A stretch of DNA of 64,000 nt from an uncultured Candidatus Saccharibacteria bacterium (GTDB lineage Bacteria > Patescibacteriota > Minisyncoccia > UBA6257 > 1-14-0-10-44-23): NCBI GenBank assembly GCA_964394435.1, contig CAYMXN010000001.1, positions 235,928-299,927 on the forward strand, given 5' to 3'. Positions 1 to 8,761 of the stretch are shown here, one piece after another (within the stretch, counting starts at the first letter, position 1; the number at the start of each line of letters is the position of its first letter). Both the position numbers and the translations under genes were made by a program. The notes beneath the pieces are model-generated. The model ran no database searches, was not told the DNA's origin, and saw only the letters and a list, made by a program, of their open reading frames with translations.

Positions 1-645
1 GAGCGCGTTCTTTCTTATGCGACTTCTGATCGCGCACTTTGCGTACCCTGCCGAGAGTCGATTGAGATTTTTGACGCACTCTGCTGCGCTTCCTGCCATG
101 CGCGTCTGGCGCAACAAAAGCCAATCTGCCACAAAGACCAACCCTACACACTGCTAGCGGCAAGTACGTATCAAAATCCAGCCCTCCAAAAGCTTATTTG
201 GCAGCTTAAGTATAAGAAACATACGATCGCAACCCATGAACTTGTTGAACTTATGTTTTGCGCGTACCAAAACGCTAATCTCACTGCCGAGAACTCGATT
301 TGCGTTCCGATTCCACTCCATCCAACTCGTCTACGCGAACGCGGATTTAATCAGGCGGCGCTGCTTGCGCAGCTTTTCGCAGCAAAAATTGGTACGAGCG
401 CGGTCGAGGCGCTTAGGCGTATAAAACAAACTGCATCACAAACCAAAATGCAGTCTGATGAACAGCGTACTGCAAATATGCTTGATTCCTTTAGTATCAT
501 TGCCCCAAATCTTATTGCTAATATGAACGTATTTCTTATTGATGATGTCGCAACCTCTGGTGCGACGCTCGCGGAAGCGGCAAAAATACTCAAAGCTGCT
601 GGTGCTCGAAGAGTTGTCGCCGTCGTGGCAGCTCGGGCGCGCTAA
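1..645 (+). CDS. comF: ComF-family protein, 5' partial (zinc-finger plus phosphoribosyltransferase domain)
   Basis: Frame 1 is open from base 1 and contains Cys pairs (CVPC, CASCHARL, PICHKD). The C-terminus has the PRTase motif LIDDVATSGATL. The 5' end is truncated by the window edge. Confidence 0.7.
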   Translation, partial: ERVLSYATSDRALCVPCRESIEIFDALCCASCHARLAQQKPICHKDQPYTLLAASTYQNPALQKLIWQLKYKKHTIATHELVELMFCAYQNANLTAENSICVPIPLHPTRLRERGFNQAALLAQLFAAKIGTSAVEALRRIKQTASQTKMQSDEQRTANMLDSFSIIAPNLIANMNVFLIDDVATSGATLAEAAKILKAAGARRVVAVVAARAR

Positions 646-3275
646 GCTGTTTCGCGCTCGCGAAAAAGATACTTCGTGATCTCGATAAAAAGAATATTTA
701 CAATTCCAAATACGATCACGGCGACCACCCATGGTGCCGACAATGCTACGGTTCCAAATAAGCGCTGGAGTGGTGGGAAGTATACTGCTACGGTCATTAG
801 AACAATTCCAAATACTACGCTCATAACTAACGGCATATTTGAAAATGGGTTATAGCGGAAGATGCTCTTTGTGAGGCTGCGAACTGCGAAAATTAGGAAC
901 AAACTATAGGTTCCAAACGCGCTGAAAATAAATGTTTTTACGATTGCCGGATCAAATCCTCGATCAATAAGTCCGATATACACAATAAAGAGTAAGATAC
1001 TACTCACTAATCCGTTTACAAATAGCATAAAGCGCATCTCGCCTGTAAATAATCCGCGCGAAAGCTTGGCTGGCTGACGCTTAAATCCGTCGAGATGCTC
1101 TTCAAACGCGAGCGAGAGTCCCGGGAAGCTATCGGTGAAAAAGTTTACCCAAAGAATTTGCAATGCGGTAAGTGGCAATGGTATTCCGGCGATAATCGAA
1201 CCCCCGATTAGCAGAATTTCGTTAAAAATAGTTGAAGAAAGATATACGATTGCCCGACGAAGATTTTCAATGATTCTCCTTCCCTCTTTAATGGCGGCAA
1301 CAATAGTCTCGAAGTTGTCATCGAGCAAGATTAAATCAGCAACATCCTTTGCCACATCTGTACCCGAACCCATCGCGATTCCAATATCTGCCTGGCGCAA
1401 CCCTGGCGCATCGTTAATACCATCTCCATTCATTGCTACGATCTCACCCTTGCGCTGAAACGCCTTTGCGATACGCATCTTTCCTTCCGGACTGACGCGG
1501 GAAACAATTTTGAGACGCTTAAGCCGATGATCAAGCTCTCCATCGGTCAACTTATCAAGCTCGGTGCCCGCGATAACCTCGTCAAGCTCAATACTCATCC
1601 CTAACTCACGAGCGATCGCGATTGCTGTTCCTGCGTGGTCGCCCGTAACAATGACCGTGCGAATGCCGGCTTCGTGAACTTCCTGAATCGCTTGCGCAAC
1701 CCCCGGGCGGAGTGGATCTCTAAATGAAATAGTACCGAGTAGCGTTATGCCATTAAAATGCTTTTTATCATGAATATTTATTTGTCGGATATCTTCGATT
1801 TCGCGTATACCAACTGCGATGACGCGCTCACCTTTAGCCGCCATTTGATTTACCTCTTCAAGCAATCGCTCCTTCTCAAGCGCAGTTCCGGTCATAAATG
1901 GGATGAGCATTTCTGGCGCACCCAATACTGCGATTACATTAATGCACTTCCTGCTTCCTAAAAATCCAAACTGCTCACCACTTACCTGACACACTGATGC
2001 GGAGAACTTATCGCGTGAGTTAAATGGCAAGAAGTGCAAAGCGTTTTTCTCCTCTTTAAGCTGCGTAATAAGTACGCCGCGATTCGCTGCCTCTTTTGCA
2101 AGTGCTACCTCGAGCGGTTTACCGATTATTTTCCAGTTCTGAATATCATCGGTGGGATTTTCGACTGCGACATCGATATTGAGTAGTGCGGCCCGCAAGA
2201 GCATCTCTTCAGTCACCTTGCCCTTATTAAGAATCGCGATGGTTGAGAGTGAAAGCTTTGCTTGCGTAAGAGTTCCTGTTTTGTCGGTCAAAATAACCGT
2301 AGTACTTCCGAGCGTTTCGGCGGCCGAAAGACGACGTACTACCCCGTTTTTGCGCGCCAGCCGTTGAACACCAATCGCCAGAATTACCGTCATTACGATT
2401 GGTAATCCTTCAGGAACTGCGGCAACCAGTACAGCTACCGAGATAAGAAACGCTTCAAGCAGTGGAATCTCTGAAGCTCGGGCGACAAAAAATATTAACA
2501 CCGAAAATAAAATAATTACGGCGCTCGCCTGAACCGAAAGTTTTGCGAGTGCTTTTTGTAGCGGAGTCTGCTCTTCGGTAACAAACTCAACCGCCCGGGC
2601 GATTTTTCCAAGCTCGGTCTGCGAGCCAATCGCGGTTACTACCGCGTGACCAATACCTGCGGCAACCGTCGTACCGCTATAAATCATTGATTTACGATCA
2701 GCAAGTGGAATATCACGTGATACTGATTGCGGCGTTTTCTCTACCGGCATAGACTCGCCAGTGAGTATCGCCTGGTCGACGCTAATGTCATTAGCGTAAA
2801 TTAGCCGAGCGTCTGCGCACATCCTATCGCCCTGCGCCACATACATAATATCTCCGGGCACAAGCTGGTTCGCGGGAATCTCTTTCTCAACTCCCTGACG
2901 AAATACACGTACATTTTTAACAACATACTTTCGTAAATCGCTTAGCGCGGCTTCTGCTTTATTCTCCTGATAAAACCCAAGTGCCGCATTAATCAGTGCG
3001 GCAGCGAAAATAAACAGCGCGTCATTAAAATCCTTGAGCGCGAGCGTAATACCACCCGCGATAAGTAGCATAAAAATAAGCGGACTCTTGAACTGTTCAA
3101 GAAACAGCAAGATTTTTGCCGAACGATGACGCTGATCTATTTCGTTTCGCCCAAATACTTGCGCGCGCGTACGCGCCTCGCTCTCACTTAATCCGTCGGG
3201 CGTAGTCTCAAGCTCGCGCAGTGTGTCCGCGACCGACATTCCCCAAAATTGTTTTGCCGAGACTTCTTTGTGCAT
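642..3275 (-). CDS. P-type cation-transporting ATPase, type II (Ca2+/Mg2+-like)
   Basis: 877 aa. Contains DKTGTLT (phosphorylation site), TGDHAGTA, GDGINDAP and about 10 TM segments. Confidence 0.85.
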   Translation of the reverse strand: MHKEVSAKQFWGMSVADTLRELETTPDGLSESEARTRAQVFGRNEIDQRHRSAKILLFLEQFKSPLIFMLLIAGGITLALKDFNDALFIFAAALINAALGFYQENKAEAALSDLRKYVVKNVRVFRQGVEKEIPANQLVPGDIMYVAQGDRMCADARLIYANDISVDQAILTGESMPVEKTPQSVSRDIPLADRKSMIYSGTTVAAGIGHAVVTAIGSQTELGKIARAVEFVTEEQTPLQKALAKLSVQASAVIILFSVLIFFVARASEIPLLEAFLISVAVLVAAVPEGLPIVMTVILAIGVQRLARKNGVVRRLSAAETLGSTTVILTDKTGTLTQAKLSLSTIAILNKGKVTEEMLLRAALLNIDVAVENPTDDIQNWKIIGKPLEVALAKEAANRGVLITQLKEEKNALHFLPFNSRDKFSASVCQVSGEQFGFLGSRKCINVIAVLGAPEMLIPFMTGTALEKERLLEEVNQMAAKGERVIAVGIREIEDIRQINIHDKKHFNGITLLGTISFRDPLRPGVAQAIQEVHEAGIRTVIVTGDHAGTAIAIARELGMSIELDEVIAGTELDKLTDGELDHRLKRLKIVSRVSPEGKMRIAKAFQRKGEIVAMNGDGINDAPGLRQADIGIAMGSGTDVAKDVADLILLDDNFETIVAAIKEGRRIIENLRRAIVYLSSTIFNEILLIGGSIIAGIPLPLTALQILWVNFFTDSFPGLSLAFEEHLDGFKRQPAKLSRGLFTGEMRFMLFVNGLVSSILLFIVYIGLIDRGFDPAIVKTFIFSAFGTYSLFLIFAVRSLTKSIFRYNPFSNMPLVMSVVFGIVLMTVAVYFPPLQRLFGTVALSAPWVVAVIVFGIVNILFIEITKYLFRERETA

Positions 3276-3619
3276 TGTGTATATATTTTACCTTACTTTT
3301 ATTTCTCGTGCTTATTTGTTGGGGATACTTGCAACTCCTGACTCAAACCGTTTAGGGTAAAGAAAGAACATCTCATACGCGGAGGTCCCCTTGAATAGCG
3401 AATCACCTACGGCGTTCAATCACGACAGGGAAATGTCTTGGTATAAGTGGCGTCCGACTCGTCGACACGTTCCTCGGTTTTGGCGTGAGCTACTGGATCG
3501 CTCGTACGGGGCACGAGCTTCGCCACGGTCACAGCCACCATCATCACCACAAACCGCGCACCCCGTAAGGGATGCGCGGCCTTTTTATCATTTTCCTTCG
3601 AATCTCTAATTCTCAGGAC

Positions 3620-3817
3620 CTAGCGGCCAAGCATTTTCTTTACCTCATCACGACTTACTAAGTCTCGCTTAGCAATCTCGGAAGCGACTGCTTTTTGAAT
3701 CATCTCTTCCATTTGCTTCTGATAGTTTTGCGCCTGACCCATTAAGTCTTTCATCTGCTCTGGCGACATATTTTTCATCATATCTTTGGCCGCCTTCATA
3801 TTGTCAAAAAATCCCAT
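3620..3817 (-). CDS. small hypothetical protein (65 aa, Met/Lys/Gln-rich)
   Basis: ORF only. No recognisable domain. Confidence 0.35.
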   Translation of the reverse strand: MGFFDNMKAAKDMMKNMSPEQMKDLMGQAQNYQKQMEEMIQKAVASEIAKRDLVSRDEVKKMLGR

Positions 3818-3948
3818 ATTTTTTATGTATTAATTTTTACTCAAACAAGTATACGAAAATTTCTGAAAAAGTGAAATCGTTTATTCATCTTGCCCTTGAC
3901 GGGAAAAAAGAATAGTATAGAAACACCTTTATTAACCCTTAATTACCT

Positions 3949-5052
3949 ATGAAATTATCACATTCAGCCATTAGCCTGGCGGTACTCGGAAGCGTTTTAT
4001 TCGCCCCTATCTCGTCTGCCCTGGCCCAGGAAGCGATCACCCAAGGAACGGCCCGCCTTACCTTTACTACGCTAACTAAAGCGGGATTTCCTGAACAAGA
4101 CGTGTTTATCGGTGGACCGACGAGCGCCAATCCAAACACCCTAAATGAACAGGTAGTCCGCGTGTTTGGCGCTGATGCGAAAAACCCGGTTAACCTTGTT
4201 AAAACTATTTTCCGCAGCGAACAACCAGCGCCGCACGACTTAGCGCGCACGGGAGGTACTCCACTTGGGCCATTTGCACGCGGCAAAACACTCGATACCG
4301 CACTCCAGGCTTGGCTCAATGCGAAGGGCTCTGCCTCGTATACTATTCTCGGAGGTGGTTCTTCGCTCAATGCTGCGTTTGAAAACTTGATGCCGAACGC
4401 GCTTTATTCGCTTTGGTGCAACCGGTACACCGTCGGAGCTGCTGACTTTGTCGTCTCCCCTTGTCTACGCGGCGACGGATCGATGATTACCTTTACGACT
4501 GATCCAGGAGGAACTGCTACACTCTCGGCCTCATTTCCAACTGTAGCTCCGACTGGAAACTCAACGAAGTCTGTTTTTGCTTTGGTTTATCACAGCAATG
4601 GAAAAACCAATGGAAGCACTCCAGGCGAGTACGGCGTAACTGCGCACACCCACCTTATCGCCTTCTTGCCAACGAAGTCTGAAAATGCCGAGCAGCAGAA
4701 GTCGGACAGCGCACTCGCCCAAGCGGCGTGTATCGCCAACGCAGGAGAGGCGCGCGACTTAGCAATCTTAGAGACGTTTAAAAAGTACCACCTCGCACTC
4801 GAAGACGCCCTCCTCGCCCGTACTAAAGCTCTGAAGGCGGCGTGGAACATCACGACTAACACTGCCGAACGTAAGCTGGCGGTAAAAGCTGCGGCGAGCG
4901 CGTTTAATGACGCGGTGCGTAAGTCATGGAAAGATTTGAGTGAGAAGCGAAATGGAGCGTGGAAGACGTTCCGCTCTGAACAGAAAAAGTGTAATGCGGT
5001 TGAAAAATACGACAGCGAGTTTATCAACGAAGCATTTGACGCGAAGCTTTAA
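3949..5052 (+). CDS. secreted hypothetical protein
   Basis: N-terminal signal peptide (MKLSHSAISLAVLGSVLFAPISSALAQEA). 367 aa, followed directly by a terminator. Confidence 0.6.
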   Translation: MKLSHSAISLAVLGSVLFAPISSALAQEAITQGTARLTFTTLTKAGFPEQDVFIGGPTSANPNTLNEQVVRVFGADAKNPVNLVKTIFRSEQPAPHDLARTGGTPLGPFARGKTLDTALQAWLNAKGSASYTILGGGSSLNAAFENLMPNALYSLWCNRYTVGAADFVVSPCLRGDGSMITFTTDPGGTATLSASFPTVAPTGNSTKSVFALVYHSNGKTNGSTPGEYGVTAHTHLIAFLPTKSENAEQQKSDSALAQAACIANAGEARDLAILETFKKYHLALEDALLARTKALKAAWNITTNTAERKLAVKAAASAFNDAVRKSWKDLSEKRNGAWKTFRSEQKKCNAVEKYDSEFINEAFDAKL

Positions 5053-5054
5053 CA

Positions 5055-5092
5055 ACAAAAAAACCGCTCTCATCTCGAGAGCGGTTTTTTTA
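5055..5092. terminator. bidirectional rho-independent terminator
   Basis: A-run, CCGCTCTC-atctc-GAGAGCGG hairpin, T-run. Lies between convergent genes. Confidence 0.8.
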
Positions 5093-5093
5093 T

Positions 5094-5630
5094 TTATCGT
5101 ACGATGGTTGTTAAGTCGATTTCACTTAGGCGGTTAAACGGTTCCGGCTGACTCTCTTCTTCGGCAACCGTACGTACGCGTGCGATTACTACATTATCCT
5201 GACGAATCACACTGAACTGTTCGCCAATTCCCGCGAACCAACACTGGGCGTAACCAAGTGAGGTCGCTCCTTTTGGCAGCACATCATCAGCTGGGGCGGC
5301 AACTTCTACGCACGAACCCTGATAGACACCGAGGCGATATGGCAAAACCGTAATTTGTCTGCCGTCTGGGCGATACACACCAGTGAGTTGAATACGAACC
5401 TTGGTATTTGGCGTGCCGTAGGCTCCTTCGGCTTGCGGCTCAAACAGCCACTGCACCTTATCAACACGATAGAGCTCACTGGTCGCTACGGTCGTTGAGG
5501 CGCTCTCTTGCTTTTGCTCTACTTCGCCGCCTATCGCGCCATCTTTTGGTCCGGAAAAAACTCCGTACAATACCAACGCAACACCAACTATCAGAATCAA
5601 CGGTACGAGATTGATAATAATCTTTTTCAT
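5094..5630 (-). CDS. membrane-anchored hypothetical protein
   Basis: N-terminal TM helix (MKKIIINLVPLILIVGVALVLYGVF). 178 aa. Confidence 0.5.
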   Translation of the reverse strand: MKKIIINLVPLILIVGVALVLYGVFSGPKDGAIGGEVEQKQESASTTVATSELYRVDKVQWLFEPQAEGAYGTPNTKVRIQLTGVYRPDGRQITVLPYRLGVYQGSCVEVAAPADDVLPKGATSLGYAQCWFAGIGEQFSVIRQDNVVIARVRTVAEEESQPEPFNRLSEIDLTTIVR

Positions 5631-5631
5631 A

Positions 5632-5889
5632 CTATTTTACTCCAGCCCAATTTTTAACGTCTTCATAGCTCACCTCTCCACAAATCGTACTTCCGGTTTC
5701 GGTATTGATATAAAACGGAACGCCGCCGCACTTACCCTGATCATAGCTCTCCATTTTCTTTGCATTCTCTTCGTTGTGCCAAACCTCAAACTTTTCTACT
5801 TTTACTCCCGTCTCTTTTTCGAGTTGCTCGATGAGTGGCTGCATACGTACGCAGTGCGGGCACTCTTTTCCATAAAATTCTAATAACAT
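5632..5889 (-). CDS. thioredoxin-family small protein (CPHC active site)
   Basis: 85 aa. CPHC motif within the context FYGKECPHCVRM. Confidence 0.65.
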   Translation of the reverse strand: MLLEFYGKECPHCVRMQPLIEQLEKETGVKVEKFEVWHNEENAKKMESYDQGKCGGVPFYINTETGSTICGEVSYEDVKNWAGVK

Positions 5890-5989
5890 ATATGACTAAG
5901 ATATCATATAGTTTTTTGATTGCAAGATTCTTTTGGCTATTTTAAAAAATAAAACGCCCCAACCAATCGCTTGGTGGGGGCGGAAGAAC

Positions 5990-6118
5990 CTAGCGCCGAC
6001 GCCTGGCAAGCATCAACGCAGTCGCTTTGAGAAACTCGAAAGCGACCGGGGCGAGCGCCTCGATTCGCTTAAGCTCCTTGCGATACTCCACCGGATCAAC
6101 CGTGAAGATACGACCCAT
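5990..6118 (-). CDS. unannotated small ORF, 42 aa (MGRIFTVDPVEYRKELKRIEALAPVAFEFLKATALMLARRRR)
   Basis: AGGAGGG Shine-Dalgarno 5 nt upstream of the ATG. Immediately followed on the minus strand by hairpin CCCCACCAAGCGATTGGTTGGGG plus a T-run. Locally GC-elevated. Below the 60-aa cutoff of the ORF track. Confidence 0.45.
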   Translation of the reverse strand: MGRIFTVDPVEYRKELKRIEALAPVAFEFLKATALMLARRRR

Positions 6119-6185
6119 TCGACCCTCCTGGGGTATGAGAAATGACCTGCCTTGTTATACAACAGGCCTATGTCCACTGTGAAAA

Positions 6186-6593
6186 CTACGATTCGTCTGC
6201 GAGTTTGTTTACCGTAATCATTACCGTATCGGGAAGCCTAAATCCCCCAAGCAAAAACTGATACCCACCATCACTTATCGCGATACGCGTGACGCTTCCG
6301 AGTGAGATTTCTTTTGTTTGCGTGAAAGTCGATCCGCTCAAACGAAGATACGCGTTAACCTCTCCCGCCCAAATACACTGTACGTCTTTTGGACAGCGTG
6401 AGTCAGTTACCTGAATAAGCTCGATAGATAATCCATCTGGATACTGAACTGGTACGCCTTTCTCAATCTCAATTTTTGAACCATACTCAACCGTAGTTGG
6501 CTCTGGCAGCTTGTCTTTTTGAATACGAATCCAGGCGAATGCAGCGCCGGCAATTGCGAGAATAAGCAAGATGATTTCGATTTTTTTCTTCAT
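6186..6593 (-). CDS. membrane-anchored hypothetical protein
   Basis: Start moved to the internal ATG (MKKKIEIILLILAIAGAAF) to avoid overlap with the upstream gene. Single N-terminal TM helix. Confidence 0.45.
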   Translation of the reverse strand: MKKKIEIILLILAIAGAAFAWIRIQKDKLPEPTTVEYGSKIEIEKGVPVQYPDGLSIELIQVTDSRCPKDVQCIWAGEVNAYLRLSGSTFTQTKEISLGSVTRIAISDGGYQFLLGGFRLPDTVMITVNKLADES

Positions 6594-6672
6594 AGATAGC
6601 ATCAGTATATCATGCCGCTGATACTCAAAATAAAACCGCCCACATCGTTTCGACGTGGGCGGACTACGGGTA

Positions 6673-7515
6673 CTACTTTCGCCGCGGCGCAGGCAACTCC
6701 AACTCTCGTAGTGCTCGTTGCTGATATGCGACCGCTTCTGCGCGAAGCTGACCAGACGTAAGGCGAAATGGATGCCCAAAGAAGTAGCACAACGCAGACC
6801 TTAACCCGAAGCGCTTGATGACCGGGTATACGAGCCAGTGCCCACCGTTGTAGATGAGCGAGATGCGCATCGCCCTGTCGCTCCAACAACTCTCATCAAA
6901 CACTACTGGTATCAACCCGATGCTTGGCGAAACGTCTTCCGGGCCATCGCGTTCGACATACCGCGCGATACCTTCACAGAGCATATCGCTTGCTATCTCG
7001 TTTTGATGATCGCCCGATCCATAGCCAATACTCGGGAATGTGCCAAACCCCAGTCGGCGACTTAGTTGATCGGCAAGTGCGTGTGCGAGCTCGTGCGTAA
7101 TCGTATTACGAAGCTCGAGAGATAACTCTGGGTTGCTCTTATCTGGTTGATTTATGATGCAGTAGTCGAGCAAGCGACGATTTTCCCTGACGTGTTCGAA
7201 ATAGCCTGGGTTAAGCGTAAAGCCTTGCCGAGTTAGCTCATAGTGCGCGGCAAACGCAACCCCCTCAAGCGCTGGATGCGTTACGATCGGTATTTCAAAC
7301 TTAATCGTTGGCTTCCAGTGTTGATCAAACTCGATTCCGTACAGTTGCTCGATCGCCTGCATACGAGCCTCAAACGCCCGCTCAAATTGAGCGTACACAC
7401 TCAACTGTTCACCCGTCATTACTAATGATTGTGTCGCGCTCGCCCGAATTCTCTGACTACAACCCATTCCAAAGAACGCAAGGAGCGCCAATGAGACAAG
7501 CGTCTTTGATCGCAT
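6673..7515 (-). CDS. putative zinc metallopeptidase, lipoprotein-like (HEXXH)
   Basis: Signal peptide with a lipobox-like FFGMGC. HELAH motif within NTITHELAHALAD. Confidence 0.5.
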   Translation of the reverse strand: MRSKTLVSLALLAFFGMGCSQRIRASATQSLVMTGEQLSVYAQFERAFEARMQAIEQLYGIEFDQHWKPTIKFEIPIVTHPALEGVAFAAHYELTRQGFTLNPGYFEHVRENRRLLDYCIINQPDKSNPELSLELRNTITHELAHALADQLSRRLGFGTFPSIGYGSGDHQNEIASDMLCEGIARYVERDGPEDVSPSIGLIPVVFDESCWSDRAMRISLIYNGGHWLVYPVIKRFGLRSALCYFFGHPFRLTSGQLRAEAVAYQQRALRELELPAPRRK

Positions 7516-7605
7516 CGTACACCCCTTTTCTTAAGGACCTCAAGTATCGTATTCCTTCAACTTGTGCGTGTCAAAATGTCATATTTTATCACTATTTATG
7601 GGCTA

Positions 7606-7634
7606 TTGACATATATATGCTTATATGCTATAAT
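7606..7634 (+). promoter_or_regulatory. consensus sigma70 promoter TTGACA-N17-TATAAT with extended -10 (aTGcTATAAT)
   Basis: TTGACA at 7606-7611, 17-nt spacer, TATAAT at 7629-7634. About 110 nt upstream of the GC-rich ORF start. Confidence 0.6.
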
Positions 7635-7749
7635 GTACCTTAGAAAGCTGGTAAGTGGGACGTTCCCCTTGCTTGAGCTTTAGATCTTTGAGAAGAACAA
7701 GTCTGTGCGCTAAGAACGCACATTACGAAAGAAAGGCTCGGTTACTCGA

Positions 7750-8691
7750 ATGACCATGCACCACGTTCGCGCCACGATCTGCTTCGTGTCCCCCGACAAC
7801 CAGTGGGGGTTCGCGGAGGTCGTCGACTCGGAGACGGGCGACAAGAAGACGTGGATGTGCCACCGTCTCGGCCGTCGCGACGCGTTCGCGACGCAGCAGG
7901 GTACGATCACCTACTCCGACGCGAAGATCGCGTTCGGTCCCTTCCCGCAGCACGGCGACGTCGTCGTCGTGCTGGCGGAGAGGGCTCCCCAGGAGGGCAA
8001 GCAGTACCCCCAGGCCGTGTGGACCACGGCCGAGCAGTACGACCCCTTCATCGAGATCGCCGCGGGCAACCGCGCCGCCTTCGCCGAGTACGCTCGTGAG
8101 CAGGAGCGGCTCGCCGCCAAGCGGGCGGAGCTCGAGCAGAAGCTCGCCACCCGGCGGGTGGAGCTCGAGCCCCAGGTCGGGCCGCTGCAGAAGCGGTTCG
8201 CGATCCAGGACCTGTCCCCCATCTTCAACCCCCTGAAGATGACCCGGGTCGTCGTCAAGGAGCTCGGCCGCGAGCAGATGCTCGCGGAGACCGAGGACGG
8301 CGTCAAGGTCGTCCTGCCCCTGAACGTCCAGCACCTCGTGGTGATCAACCCGCGCGGCCCGTCGATCACGGCGGCGCCGGCGGCGACGCCCCGGATGCTG
8401 GCGATCGGCGAGGTCGCGTACGTGCGCAGCGCGTACGTGAGCATCCTCGAGGAGGACGAGGACCTCGTCCTCAAGATCCAGGCGAACGCCTGGATCAGCC
8501 AGCTCCAGGCGGAGCGGGTGGTGATGACGGGCCTCACGAAGGCCCAGAACACCCTCGCCATGAAGGCGGTGGAGGCCGCGGACACCGAGCGTCAGCGGCA
8601 GGAGGCGATCGCGCGGTCGCACATCAAGGGGCCGAAGCTGTCGCCCCCGCCCAAGGGCGGCATGGCGAAGGCGCTCGCTCGCGGGCGCTAG
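7750..8691 (+). CDS. GC-rich foreign-looking ORF, 313 aa; N-terminal OB-fold / cold-shock-like region then coiled-coil; function unknown
   Basis: Abrupt GC jump (to about 68% by eye) with strong GC3 codon bias. GAAAGAAAGG RBS. N-terminus (ICFVSPDNQWGFAEVVDSETGDKKTWMCH) resembles the cold-shock-domain core. Own terminator downstream. Confidence 0.6.
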   Translation: MTMHHVRATICFVSPDNQWGFAEVVDSETGDKKTWMCHRLGRRDAFATQQGTITYSDAKIAFGPFPQHGDVVVVLAERAPQEGKQYPQAVWTTAEQYDPFIEIAAGNRAAFAEYAREQERLAAKRAELEQKLATRRVELEPQVGPLQKRFAIQDLSPIFNPLKMTRVVVKELGREQMLAETEDGVKVVLPLNVQHLVVINPRGPSITAAPAATPRMLAIGEVAYVRSAYVSILEEDEDLVLKIQANAWISQLQAERVVMTGLTKAQNTLAMKAVEAADTERQRQEAIARSHIKGPKLSPPPKGGMAKALARGR

Positions 8692-8717
8692 CACGCACTA
8701 CCCCATCCTACGGGGTT

Positions 8718-8761
8718 GGCGCGGATGCAGATCGAAAGATCTTGTGTCCGCGCCTTTTTTA
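8718..8761 (+). terminator. rho-independent terminator of the GC-rich ORF
   Basis: GGCGCGGA...TCCGCGCC hairpin followed by a TTTTTTATTT run. Confidence 0.7.

Noticed and set aside
3391-3609. 72-aa plus-strand ORF in the ATPase leader region
   Set aside because: No RBS. Pro/Arg/Ser-rich low-complexity product. The region is better explained as structured RNA or leader.
7723-8694. Long antisense/alternate-frame ORFs inside island A (7723-8694 minus, 7911-8585 minus, 7803-8099 plus)
   Set aside because: Stop-codon scarcity in about 68% GC DNA generates open frames on all strands. Their products are Arg/Pro/Gly-rich low-complexity sequences with no RBS. The plus-strand 7750-8691 frame has the RBS and GC3 bias.
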